Below are positions 1 to 13,300 of a DNA stretch of 64,000 bases, in pieces; within the stretch, counting starts at the first letter, position 1, and every line of letters begins with the position of its first letter. The translations under genes and the position numbers were made by a program. The DNA is from Callorhinchus milii (lineage: Eukaryota): positions 18,786,001-18,850,000 of the forward strand of contig NW_024704754.1 of NCBI RefSeq assembly GCF_018977255.1, written 5' to 3'. A model generated the notes under the pieces. The model was not told where the DNA came from, did no database searches, and saw only the letters and a program-made list of their open reading frames with translations.

Positions 1-469
1 CAGTATACACAATATACTGTAAAGTGAATTGATTGTGTATTTCATGGGCGAAACGCGGCAGCGAACTGCGCACAGCAGCATCCCACAGACAGTCGTGGAC
101 TGAGTAACCCAATCATTATTAATTAATAATATTATTATGTATTTTATGTATTAATTAAATTAATGCATAAAAATATACATCAAACATCATAAAATCCAAA
201 TTTTCGCCACAAAGTTGACGTGACACTTGGCTGGAAGTTCCCCCAAACCCCAAAGAGTGTGAACCCTTTCCCTCTGCCCCGGGGGCTGTGAGGACCCCCA
301 TACCCCAATCTGTGGGGAAGGAGTCAGAGCCGCCTCACTGGGGAGGAAAGGCACCCGAGCAATGGGGCGCGACCCCGGGAGGGAGTTACTATCATCCAAT
401 GATCAGTACCTCCCGAGTGTTGTGTTACAATAATATTAAATACTAAAAAATGACCCCCACCTTCTCTTT

Positions 470-985
470 CCCGCCAAACCCACCACCCCCCAAACCCACC
501 AACCCCCCCAAACCCCCCACCGCCCCCACCCCCAAACCCACCAACCCCCCCAAACCCCCACCCCCCAAACCCACCACCCCCCCCAAACCCACCACCCCCC
601 AAACCCACCACCCCCAACCCCAAACACACACCCCCCAGACCCACCACCCCCCCCAAACCCACCACCCCCCAAACCCACCACCCCCCAAACCCACCACCCC
701 CCAAACCCACCAAACCCACCACCCCCCAACCCACCACCCCCAAACCCACCAAACCCCCCACCCCCACCAATCCAACCCCCCCAAACCCCCACCCCCAAAC
801 CCCCCACCCCCAAACCCCCCACCCCCCCTCCAAACCCTCCACCCCCCAAACCCACCACCCCACCCCCCAACCCACCACCTCCCCAAACCCACCACCCCCC
901 AAATCCCCCAACCCCCAAACCCACCCCCAACCCACCACCCCCAAACACCCTCCCCCCTCCCCCCCAAACCCTAACCCCCCCTCAC
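470..985. repeat. C/A-rich low-complexity tandem repeat (CCCAAACCCACCACC-like)
   Basis: Directly visible. Confidence 0.9.
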
Positions 986-1007
986 CCCCAACACACTCAC
1001 TCTTACC

Positions 1008-1620
1008 TTGAACCCAGAGGCTCCGCTGTAACCCCGGGGGGAGGGATGGGATCTTCGGCCAAACAGCGGACGGCAAATTTCCGAAATGTGCTGTTTCTCA
1101 ACCGCTCTCCTTCCCCTCTCTCTCTCTCTCTCTGAGCCTCTCTGACCCCTTTCCTCTCAGTCTCTCTCTCTATCTCTCCCTCTGCCCTTCTCTCTATCTC
1201 AGACCCAGTCTCTCCCCCTCTCTGAGCCTCTCCCCCTCTCTCTCTGAGCCTTTCCCCCTATCCCTCTGAGCCTCTCTCTCTCTGAACCTCTCTCCCCCTC
1301 TCTCTGAGCCCCTCTCCCCCTCTCTCTGAGTCTCCCCCTCTCTCTGAGCCCCTCTCCCTCTCTCCCCCTCTATCTGAGCCCCTCTCCCTCTCTCCCCCTC
1401 CCTTTGAGCCTCTCTCTGAGCCTCTCTCTCTCTCTCTCTCTGAGCCTCTCTCCCCCTCTCTCTGAGCCTCTCTCCCCCTCTCTCTGAGCCCCTCTCCCTC
1501 TCTCTGACCCTCTCTCTCTCTGAGCCTCTCTCCCCCTCTCTCTGAGCCTCTCTCTGTCTCTCCTCTCAGCCCATCTCCACGCAGGCGCGGTCTGTCCTGT
1601 AGGCGTCACGTTGCTGTGGG
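1008..1620 (-). other. Possible first exon/promoter of an unidentified minus-strand transcript leaving the window to the left
   Basis: Strong donor AAG|GTAAGA at 1008/1007. CpG-rich GC/CRE-like motifs at ~1580-1612, followed by a G-rich (sense) tandem tract. No recognisable protein. Confidence 0.3.
1112..1570. repeat. CT-rich minisatellite (CTCTCTGAGCC-like)
   Basis: Directly visible. Confidence 0.9.
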
Positions 1621-4600
1621 TGGTCTCTGTGCCCCGGACCTGCCCATCAGTGGGGTCAGACCCCACTCTGCCCTGTCCATCCCCTTCCCCCCCCCCCCCC
1701 CCCCCACCACCTTGACCAGCCGGGTCCGCGGGCAGAGCGAGTTCCTGCATTTGAAGTTGCACCTCAATGTTAATTATTATTATTATTATTATTATTAACG
1801 TTAATAATAATCCTGACATTTGACTTCAGGGCCGTATCATGTCTTCGAGACGTCTCGGATATTTTTTTGTGCATTTTGTGGGCGAACCGCAGCAGAACAA
1901 AATCCCCGTCGTCGTTTCAACATTGTCAGGTCATCAAAAGCAATAATTTTATTGCAAAGAATCTGTGATCGAGATTCCCGAAGTACTATTAACGTGTTAC
2001 TTAATATCTTCCGCGACGTAAGACGCTCAACTGAGGCGGATTGTAGAATTGAGACAGGTGAATAAACCTGTTGCATCTTTTGGTTGATGAGGTAACAAAA
2101 GTATACATGTAACATGAGCACAGAGTATCCAAATCCGAAATCTCCGGTAACTGTTACTGGTGTTTGCTCTGTGGCTCTGTGGTTGGTTCACTCTGTACAA
2201 TTCGGGCATCCAAGACCGGGAAAGGTGTCAGAGACAGTTACAGGCAAAATTATGAGCAATCCTGGCCAATAATCTCACAGTAAACTGCCCAATTCACAAT
2301 AAAGCCCATTCTCTACACTCTCCCCAAACTCTCGGGTTTACAGACCTGCAATTTCCAACCTAAAAAGGAGATAAGAACCATTTGCCGCACGAAAGAGGAC
2401 CAAGGTCCAACCGTTTCGCCTTCCGCCATCCTGCCAGTCGCTTGCATATGTCGTGTCCAAAACTATTTACAGTATCCCGAGATATTATGTCCTAACAGAA
2501 ATCTATCTAATTTTTCCTTGAAAGGATTGACACTTCCTGCTTCCACCTTCTCCATAGGGAGCCTTGTTACTTGTTATTTTATTTGCTGAGGTTAACAAAA
2601 ATGAAAGGGACTTCCCTTCTCTTTGATGTCTACGTGTGAAAGAGACAATCCAAGGCTTGGAGACGGTCTGTCTGGGGATCTGCTGTTTAAGGGCATTTAT
2701 AAATTTACACTTTTGTCCTGTGAGGTTTGGAATTCACACGGATTAACAAGCATTCGGGGTTCAGGGTTTTGATGTCATTGCGCAATCTAAGAACGCTTGG
2801 GATATTCAACACGAAAATACATTCTTTGATGACTTGAGTCCCCAAATTTCTTGGTTTTAAGACTGTGCACATTTGTGGAAGATTCTTCAATTCAGTTGTC
2901 ACGCGGATGCCATTTTTCCACAGCTCTTGAAATGCCTTCCAAACAATATTAGTCCTTCCATTTGACATAGTGCCTGATCAGGTTATTGTAAAATTGTTTG
3001 ACTGTGCATTTGTGGGCGAAACACGGCAGCCAATTGCGCACAAACAGTTGTGGAGTGAGTGACCACATTTTTGTTTGGAGGGATTATTACCCCCAGAACC
3101 TGATCAAACCTGAACGAGCAAAATATTCAGTAGGAATTGAAACCAGGCAAGAATTTTTTTAAAAAAAACATACGTTTACACATTTAGAAACACCGAACCC
3201 CAACGTGTCTCCAGATTTGGTTCATCAACATTCACAAGGTTCACAAATCTGGATTCGCTTAGTGAACAGCCTCTCAATACCCCTAACAAACGATGCCTGT
3301 GTCAGTCACTTTCTCTGCAGAGAGAGATGGCCAAGACTCTGACTATGATTACACGTGTGCAGTGATTGACATCTGGAATACAGAGAGAGCACTCTTTAAC
3401 AGCACAGCGAGTGACTTTCAATGAAATAACCCAAGCTAGGCACTCTGCTTCAACACTGCTTCTGTTAAAAATTACTGAAGCCTTCATTTGTTTCAGAGAT
3501 GAAATTATCCATCAATGATTCAATATGTGCATTTTTTTATATTCCCCCTCCTCATCTCCTGAATACATTTTAATCCTATGTTTCCTTCTCCATGTTGCCT
3601 CTCCACAGGCATTTTGGGCATGATAGATCATTCAATTCATGATGGTTTGTGGGGACACTGCTGTGTGCAATTGGATGCCGTGTTTCGCCCACAAAATATA
3701 GTCAACACCGTTTACAGTACATTCTGTGCAGTATTTTGAGACTTCTCAACAACTAATAAGGTGCTATATCAAATGCAAGGATTATTATATTGTTTAATGG
3801 TAATCAGAAGCAGAATTCCATCCCGCTTTAATACATGTTTGGCTCTGGAACCCTGGTTGATTTTCTCTCCCATAACCAGGGTCATGGAGGCCACTTGAAT
3901 CCCCAAGTGCTGCTCCCAATTGAGATCAGCCTGAGCACAGACCAGGATTAAACTCAGGACCCTCCGAGCTTGTGGTACTTGGTTTTAGATATTTCTATAT
4001 TAAATGTTGGAATTCCGGAAGCTAATACTTTCCGGAATGAGGCAAACAGGATGTGTCCCTCCAGGGAGAGAGCGGTGCATTCCATTCCATTCCAAAATCT
4101 ACCTCTGGAATTCCAATGTCTCGGTGGGATGTACGGTATTCTCAGTTTGGTTCGGAGACTCTTGAAGCACGGTGACGGGGTATCTGCACGTGTCCGACAC
4201 CTGGCTGACCCCAACAAATGATGTCGGAAATCTTTCATCTGGAAGAGCACAAGCTACAGAAAGGGAGAGACGTTAGACAGACCAACAGCAGTGTGATGTA
4301 ATCTCATCCTTGCTAACTGGACATTCTCGCAGTCGCTCCGCTCAGTCTCCACTTACACCCACGGCCCAGGGCCTGACAGCGAAAACAAACACACATGCAG
4401 GCAGCAGTCTCTCTCTCCAGCACAAACCAGCTTTCTGCACTGTGCTCCTTTTTTTGATGCCACAGAAAATCTGGCCCATTCCACAGGCTGCTGAAGAAAG
4501 CTGTCAAAGAAAACAGAGAAAGCAAACAAACAGCCGAACTCCTCTCACAGACACTGACTACAGATCAGGTGAAATATCCCTCACGTTGGATACAGTGCTT

Positions 4601-5629
4601 ACAACATCGAAACGTCTCAGAGCCCCGCACGTGTACTTGGTGTATTTTGGTCTGCTCAGGTGAATAATGATAATAATCCTTGTATTCGGTAATAGCGCTT
4701 AATCACATGGTTGAGACATCTCAAAACGCTTTGCAGGATATACTGTGACTGTATTTTGTGGGCCAAGTGGTAAAGGTCCCACAGCACGATTGAAACAGAG
4801 CGGTTACTCCAGGTGTCCGGTTCAATAATCCTCCCACAAAGGATGTCTATGAAACGGGATCATTAATCTCCATCTGAATAATCAGACTATTTTCTTATCA
4901 TCAACAACAATAAACTACAGCTGTAGTATGCAAGCGTCTGAGCCTGTGTGATAAAGAAGGAAGGGATCTGCTCTCTGTCTGAGGAGATTTGTCTGTTTGC
5001 TCTTATTCAGGTCACCTGTCTGGAGGTCAGGGCTGTGCACATAGAACAAGAACGACTTGCATTTGTGCGATTCATTCAAAACGCGGAGACAACTGATTGA
5101 GCGTGTGCACAAACACCAACCAACATACAGTATGTGACGATTTTATCTCAGCCTATTGGAACTCCCGCGATACACCTCAATAGCCACACTGATGTGCAAC
5201 AAGCTTGGCAACTTGCTGGACTTCATTCAAAAGTGGGCTCCAAGCTTTGAGGCCCCCTTGGAGAGGAGAGGCTGAAGGCTCATGTTACACATGTTACTTG
5301 AACCCTGGAGGTCTGGCTAACATGCTCCTGGTTCGAATCGTGCTGGGAAAAGATTTCCAAACAGTCTGCTTTTAATTAGCCTCGTGTTCTCTGCTCGCAA
5401 GAGAGTGAGAAGTTCAGACTATTTTCTAATCAGCATCAACAATAAAGTACGACTGTAGCACTCCCCTGGGGGGAAGGGGAGAGGAGGGGGGGCATTTCAC
5501 ACTGGCAGTCTTTCCGCCCACCCCCCCCACCTTGCAATTCACTGCATTGCTGCCAAAGCAAATGGAATACCGTGTTACATTGCCAAATCAATTGAGCTCA
5601 GATCCCAGAAAATGGTCTTAAAGGTAAAA

Positions 5630-5840
5630 ATACTCAAGCTGCACCTGGAATACTGCGTACACTACAATTCTGTTTCCAACGCAAGGGACTTCCCAGAACC
5701 GAGACAGCGTAGAGGAGAGCACAGAGGCTGATCCTCATGATGGGTGAGCTCTGAGGATGGACTATTATCAGCTAAAGCTTTTCAGCCTTGAAAAGAGATG
5801 ATTCACAGAGGGAATCTAATAGAGGTGTGTAAAGTTCACA
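5630..5840 (+). mobile_element. CR1-clade LINE fragment
   Basis: Degenerate HLEYCV...LFSLEKR...GNLIEVCK, typical of the CR1 ORF2 C-terminus. Confidence 0.65.
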
Positions 5841-7379
5841 ATTTACATTTGTATAGCTCCTTTCACGTCAGGAGGACGTCCCAAGCCACATTAGCAATAG
5901 GCCACTGTCCCAAGCAATAGGATTGAGAAAGTAAATCCACAACAAAGCAGCAAGACGAGAGGTTCAGGCGTGAGAGAGGACATCAGCTTTGGAAAGACAG
6001 ATTGTTTCACCCACAAAAAACAATCAATTCACTATGCAGTGTATCCTGTGCAGCACTTTTGGGAGACGTCTCGAAGACGTGATGAGCCTCTATATCAAAT
6101 GCAAGGTTTATTATCTCTGCTTGGCCAATGGGGCAGCGATTCCGGAAATAACTTACTGTACGTGGAAACAAGTTTCTTATAGGACCATCTGAGTTTTCCA
6201 GACATAATTATTGAGCAATACGAAGATTGCTAACCAGCTGTGACTCAATCATTAAGACTCTTGAGCTGAGCTAATGAGGTCAGATCACAGCCAGAGCTTG
6301 ACACAGATGCCTGTTAAATGTCATTCTTACAGCCAGCTCTCAGCTGCTCCTCCCTCTTCCAACCCTTTGGTCCATAAACCAGTCCCAGATGTTAGCTTTC
6401 CTGTTGAATCATGCTTTACTGGGTGGGTTCTTGGCAACTCAATCCCAATGGGGGAGAGGGAAGGGAAGGAGTTCCAAGACTCTGGATAAATACTCCGATC
6501 ATTACAAATGAAGGCATGAATGTCTCATAGGGTGATTTTCCCCAGTTCCACTCTTGCAGCGAGGCTGGCCAGGCACCTCCACCACTGTTACAGCTACTGT
6601 TAACTGCCATTCCGTTTGTCAGTAAATAATGAACAGTATTTTGTTGGTGGGCAAACTGCTTGTGGTTCTGTTCCTGTCAGTGATTGGTCTGTATTCGAAT
6701 CTCCAGCTGTAACAACGAGCTGCTTTATATTTCATATTAAATCCCAGACTTGGATTGATAATTATTCAGCAGGGGGTTAAGTCGATAAATCATTGAAATC
6801 AACAGTACAGGAAACTATCCACCTCAGCCCAGTTTTTGTCTTGGTTCTTGCTCCCCCACTGGAGTTCTTTAATCCCATTCCTCTAGGATTAGCAGAGAGG
6901 TTGTTGAAGGTGGGGTGGGAGAGAGAATAAAATGGAGAGAAGGGGGAATGAAAACCACTCAAGCCAAGTTTATACAGAGAAAAACACATCAAACCCATTT
7001 AACCAGAGATTTTGTCTTTACTGCATTTACAGAATAGTACAAAGAGAACACAAATGGTAAAAGGGCTAATTCTACACTGAAAATCAATTTAGAGAATATT
7101 TTAAAAAAGTATTTGCTTCAAACTGCAGATACTCAGCGCTTCTGAGGCTCCCGGTAACGTGTGGGTTTGTTTTTTTGTTTTCTTCCCGGTTCAAGACTCG
7201 AATCCTCAGAAAGGCTGGAATTGAACCTTCCGAGGGTTAAGCGCTCCCAAGTCCCAGTCCGCTGTGCATTCCCAGAGAGGAGCGGGAGAGAAGTCAGAGA
7301 TGGTGTTAAACGCAGGTGACGTGGATGAGGATCAGGATGCAGGAACGTGACACACCAGGTGGCAAACACGGCCCGGCTC

Positions 7380-10300
7380 TCAGTACTTGGGCCTCTTCAC
7401 CTCCACACTATCAAACAAACAACAACTTGCGTTTATACAGCACTGTTCATGCGGGGTAGTGTCCCACAGCGCATAATCCGACACAAAGCACATGATCCCG
7501 GCTACTGCATCGATTTCAGCACACAGGCTGCCCTTCCAAAGTCACTGCCATTGTATCACTCATGTCACTGCCCAGGCAAGTGGGTGCTGGCCATCAAGAC
7601 ACCAGTTACAGATCACACAAAACTACACTGGAGAGTTTAGCTAAACTGATTCTCCCACTGATAATTCCAACCCGCAGACAGTCAATGGGTCAGGAGCTCA
7701 CAGTCACACACTTTGCCCATTGATTGAAAAAGTCAAACATGTTCAGGACAGCAGAAAATCCAACAAGGAAAAAAATATTTAGGAAGATGCTCTTCACTCA
7801 CCCTTCAGCCTCCATCTTCTTTCTCTTTTCAATGATCTGCACGAAAACAACAGGAGAACATAACATTAACAGATAACAATCAGATCTGTCTGTCACATTT
7901 CCATGTGTGGGTGTGTGTTGTATATAATCTATAACTGAATGTTAGGGTGTAATGTATTGAAAAGTGATTGCTTTGGGTGCGCGAAGGAGGTGAAGAGAAG
8001 AAGAGGGGAAGAAAACTTTGAACAATCTTTACTAAAGGAAAAGGCACTTTGTCAATTCAACAAAACTTATCTCCTGTTTGAATGAGACAATGATCTCCTC
8101 AGAATGAAACCACAAGAGATAAACATCACCCAAATCCAGGTACAATTGTCTTCCAATGAATGCTTTGTTGACCAAAAGTTTTAACATAATGGGGTCTGAT
8201 TTTGGGCCCATTCACCAACACCCCACCCCCACCCCAAGATTTTGAGACCATGACCGCTTGTGTGGGCCCTGTGGATCATATTGAACAAAGTACGAGAGTC
8301 TAAATATTGGTGTAAACTCTGCAATCAGAGGGTTACCATGAGTGCTGTCAATGGGGACAGTCAGTGGCAGGGAATGTGAGGGTCAGTGTTATTGGGTATC
8401 GTGAGGTTTAGGGATGGTACTCACCGCACTGATTTTCTTCCACTGTCGATCAAGCTCCGCTTTCTCGTTTGTTTCCTTAAACCTCCGGGTCTTACGTCCC
8501 TCAGACATTTTGATGCCGTACTGGAAAGCAGCTCTGGGGGAACAATAATCCACATGTTCATGTACTCAACATTCATCTCTCACGGGGAGAGGGGGCGGGT
8601 TTCACGGGGCGAGGGGACGGGTCTCACGGGGCGAGGGGTTGGATCTTATGGGATGAGTNGGGGGCGGGGTCTAGCGGGGTAAGGTCTCGTGGGCTGAGGA
8701 GTGGGGTCTCACTTGGGCAACGCCTCCTTGTTGTTCATGTATTCACTGTATTCCTCCTGAGTGTCAAAGTCCCAGCGTCCTAGTGGCCCTTTCTTATTGC
8801 CCTGCAGGACAGTAAAGACAAGGAGTTTGTTTCCCTGCAGATTCCACACAAATCACAGAAATATTCCTACCCGTCCCTCGCATAGGGCTGTCACTGCGCA
8901 TTTTCTTCCATTTGTTTAAAGTTAAAACCATCGCATTATCTCACTACAGCAGAGAACAATGCGCCGATTGTTTGCTTGCAGAGAAACTTGACCTACTCAA
9001 AGACACATCAGTTCGTCAGATGGAGAAGTTCTGTGAATCGTACCTGATCCATTTTACTGTAGTCCACCTCCTCGTCACTGTCCACTGCCATGTCGTCCAG
9101 CCTGCGAGGACAGGAAGGAGACAGTGTCACACTGGGTGCAACGAGCGAACTCCAGCACTGACCTTACACAGGCTTCTCTAAATTAATGCCACACTTGTCC
9201 AGTGCGGCACCAATACTTACGTGGCAGGGTAGCATTCCGCATAACTGTCCGATGTCCCAAAGAAATCTCCCAGGCGCTTCTTGTCATCCGGTCTCTTCAC
9301 CTTAAGACCAGAGTTAAGGAAAGTCGCTCCCAGAAAATTCGGCACCACATCAATACAACAGCAGCATCAACTCGCAAACATACAGCAAACACTGCAATCA
9401 CACTTTTTCCTCTCCTGAGGGCAAACATCTAGAAGTATATAAAGCTATAAGTAAGGACACCGAGCAGGAAAAAGGGTTGATTTTTGGGTGTTGACCAAAT
9501 GCTAAGACGACAAAATATGTTTTTAAAGTGATTTTCAAAGGCAAGAAGAAACAAGGCAACATGGATCTGGGAAGAGATGCAGAGTGTAGTGGCTGAAAGC
9601 TCAGTCCCTGAGGATTGTATGGATGTTGCGGTAACAACTTGCATTTATACAGTGTCCTTCAATCGGGGTAGCGTCTGGGAGTGCTTGACAGTGGTGGAGC
9701 CTGACGCCAGGGGGAGGGAGAAGTGGTGTGTGGTAGTGTACTGGCTGGTGAGTGAGGACACACAGACGGTGTATTATAGGAAGGATATGATTCGGCTCCC
9801 TGCCACCCTGCCGTTCCCGCAAATTTCTCGTTGATGGATTTGATCAGATCTTTGGCTGTTCCGGGACCTGAATAAAGATAAGAACATCAGCAAGTGACAC
9901 TGTGCTTATTGGGCAGCACACACACAAAATAACAGCACACCACTCCAACACGCAATACTTGGGCAAAAATGAAGAAGGGATTGTTTATCAGGCGTCTTTC
10001 CTCAAACCATGTTGAGAGGTTTCAATCGCTGACCTGGCTTCTCACCCTCAGACACCAACAAGAGCCACAAACTGACTGATCAGAGGAAGAAAGCCCTTCA
10101 ACCCATTTCAATTCATTCCAGAATCCTCTTACTGTTTTCTAGTCTCTTGGCCTCAATCACCCTGTCCTTTCTGTGTAAAGAACAACCCCAATGATCAAGA
10201 GAGAGTTAACAGAAAGCACTGATCCAGTGAATGTACTTACCGCTCTCTAATTCCAATGGCTGTTAGAAGAAACAGNAAAAAAACACAGGTTACGGTGTGA

Positions 10301-13300
10301 AGTGTGGACAGAATAAGTACAGATCAAACAAGAACAACAAGATTACATTTGTATAGCGCCTTTCACGTCGGGAGGACGTTCCAAGCCGCTGGCTCTGAAG
10401 AGAGCAGAAACTGCAGTGTTCAATGAACATACCTCAAAATCCCCCCCTTCTGCACCATCCCCCCACCCCAAACCCCAGAAGAGGTTCAAGGTTTATTAAG
10501 TAAAACACAGATTTTTCAACGGCTGAATCTAAAATCTCTTCAGATTTTTTATGTTAAGACAGGACAATATCCCCCAGATGCCTCTTCTCCTATTAACAAA
10601 TGATCTGGAATTCCATTAGGGTTGTCGTCCCATCGCTCAGTGTTTCCTAACCACTCACATTGAGTCACTGAACGAGACACAAGTCCTCCTATTGTTCTCA
10701 TCCGAGTCATCATTATGTACATACCTCATCGTCCACTCTTGGCTTCTCAAAATAGTTGTGTCTAGACTTTTTCTCCTCGTCCCTCTCCCTCTCTCGCTCC
10801 CTCTCACGCTCTCTCTCTCTCTCCCGCTCTCGTTCACGCTCTCTCTCCCGTTCCTTCTCCCGGTATTTCTCCCGCTCCTTCTCTCGGACGACTTTGGCTG
10901 TGGTCGGCACGTAATCCCCAATGTCGTCGAAGATGCTGAACAAAGGCATACGAAAGGTAAACTCGCAGCAATGCCCAGGGCAGTATAATAAGTTTGATTC
11001 CGCAAAGTGTCTCAACACATCGCAAACGACAACGACAAATTACATTTATACAGCAACTTTCACGCAGGAGTACATCTCAAGGCGCTGGACAGTCAAGGAT
11101 TTGCACTCAAGCTGAGGGTTGCGATCACCGGTTACTTTCAAATGGCAGACAATAAACAACTTGCATTTATATATTGCTGTTCAAGCAGGGCAGCGTTTCG
11201 GAGTGCTTGAACACCACAGAGCAGAGCTGTATATGTGCTCATGACATACACCTGACATCGAGGGGTTATCTTCACAGTAACTTGTATTGTTGGAGGCTTT
11301 TTTGACACAAATGCTATACCTTATATCAGCCTCTGGAGGCCTCTTCTCATCGGCTCCCAGTTTACCTGAAAAAGAGCAGAGATGAATGTCACCACAGAAA
11401 TGTGGATCACCTTAATGTCCTTGTTTTGGCTCTAAGAAAACTTCAATGCAATTTGGCTGTCACAAAGACAACGGACGACACACACAGACTGTGATATGCA
11501 AGTAACACAGATCTATCAAAGATCTGTCTCGATCTAGTGAAACAGCAACACAGGATCGAGGGGCTTCTCCTGTCGTTAGGACTTGCCCTGACTCTTTACT
11601 GATGGAGGTTACCTTGTGACTGTCCCTAACACACACCTTCACTGGCCGCTCGAGCTCAGTGACACCCCCTCCTCACCTTTATCCTTCTTCTTCAGCTTCT
11701 TGTTGCGGGTCCCCTGTCGCAGGTAGGACAGGATCTGCGTCAGTTTGTTGATCACGATGTCGTTTGTGGTCAGCGTGGTCTGCGCCTGTGAGGACACAAG
11801 CACACGTCACACAACTTGCCAGCAGGACGTGAGGGCGGCCATGTTTAAACTATGAAAAACAGTCACTAGACCAAACATAGTGCCTTCCTGGGCCATCATC
11901 ACGACAACTCTACAGCAGCACCTTGTGGCAAATAGGAGTACTTCAACAGCACAGCAAAAACATGAGGTTCTCGCCCTGAGCTGATAACAACAATAATCTT
12001 TGCATCTGATATCGCGCCTTATCAAGTCATCGATACGTCTCAGAGCGTTTCACAGGATAGAGTGTAAAGTGGATTGACTGTGTATTTTATGGGTGAAACC
12101 CGGGACCCAATTGCACACACCAGCCGAGGCGTGAAGGCCCCAAAGGTTTCCTCTTGTGCTGTAATTGTTGCGGTGCTGCAAAGATGTGAACGAGCACCGT
12201 GAGCCTGCGGGTTGACGATGCTCCGAGCTGTGCGCTGAGGGCCGTGTGCGTACCTCCATGGTGGGGCAGTCGGCTTTGCTCCTGATCAGGGTGGTCGGCA
12301 CGTCAGTGTCTGCGTATTCATCGTCCAGGTCCACCACGTAGGCCATGCGCCCGGGCAGGAACAACTCATTGCGCTCGTGAGATTTGATCCTGAACAGGAT
12401 ACGGTATACATTTCGGCCTTCGGAGACAGAGAGCGGAAACAGCCTGAGAGACGACTCGCTAGGGCCCCATCCACAACAACAAATCCCATTTGTTCAGAGC
12501 TTTTCCCGTTGGGAGGACATCCTAAACCCTCCCCCCCCCACCCCAGGGCTTGGCGAGTTTATCCAGAAATCCACTGATGAAAGTGCACATTTGTAGGTTA
12601 TGGGACAACAAGGTTCGGCTCAACTGTTAATAATAATAATAACCCTTGCATTTGATACAGCGCCTTATCATGTCTTCGAGACGCTGTGGCTCTGGTGAAA
12701 CAGGTTTCTTACCTAAACGCGTCTTAAATTCAATCTTGTTTTCAGGATCTTCATCTTTTCTGGGCGGGGGAGTGAAAGAGGGAAACAAAAGTTAATGTTC
12801 TGATTAAATCTTTCTGCGGTTTCATTTCTCTGCAGGACTGTCACCAGATTCCACGTAATTAACGTAAACAACATTTGTAAAGTGCGTTAATAATAATATT
12901 CCTTGCATTTGAAGTAGCACGTCTTTAAGACGTCTCGAAGCGCTTCACAGAATATACTGTGAAGTGAATTGATTGTATTTTGTGTGTAAACCTCAGCAGC
13001 CAATTGCGCACGTCAGGAGGTCATCCCAAGTCGCTGGATTTTAAAATCCTCAGTTTCTCTGGAGTCTGGCCACATCTATAGCCCCAGATAGCCAGAATAT
13101 GCACAGCCGTAGTGTCAAGATCTCTCTGTCTTAAATTGGAACATTGAGCAGATTTTCACCAACCACCCGGATCAACCCTCCACCCACAAGCACTGGGACA
13201 TCCACAGCTCACTTACTTGACTTCCTTCTGCACCTTCTCAATCAGATCCTCTTCCTCTCTCTCTTTGCTGGTGATTTCCGCACGGACCTAAAGTGGGGGG

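Noticed and set aside
324-1076. Gly/Trp/Val-rich and Pro/His-rich ORFs (also at 15280-15991, 16269-17353, 23965-24628, 39506-40249, 49125-49725, 60316-61207)
   Set aside because: These are translations of low-complexity tandem repeats that are open in several frames.
4103-4253. Exon-like segment on the minus strand with acceptor and donor
   Set aside because: About 90 bp of it recurs inverted at ~52072-52162, so it is a dispersed repeat. It has no recognisable protein and no partner exons.
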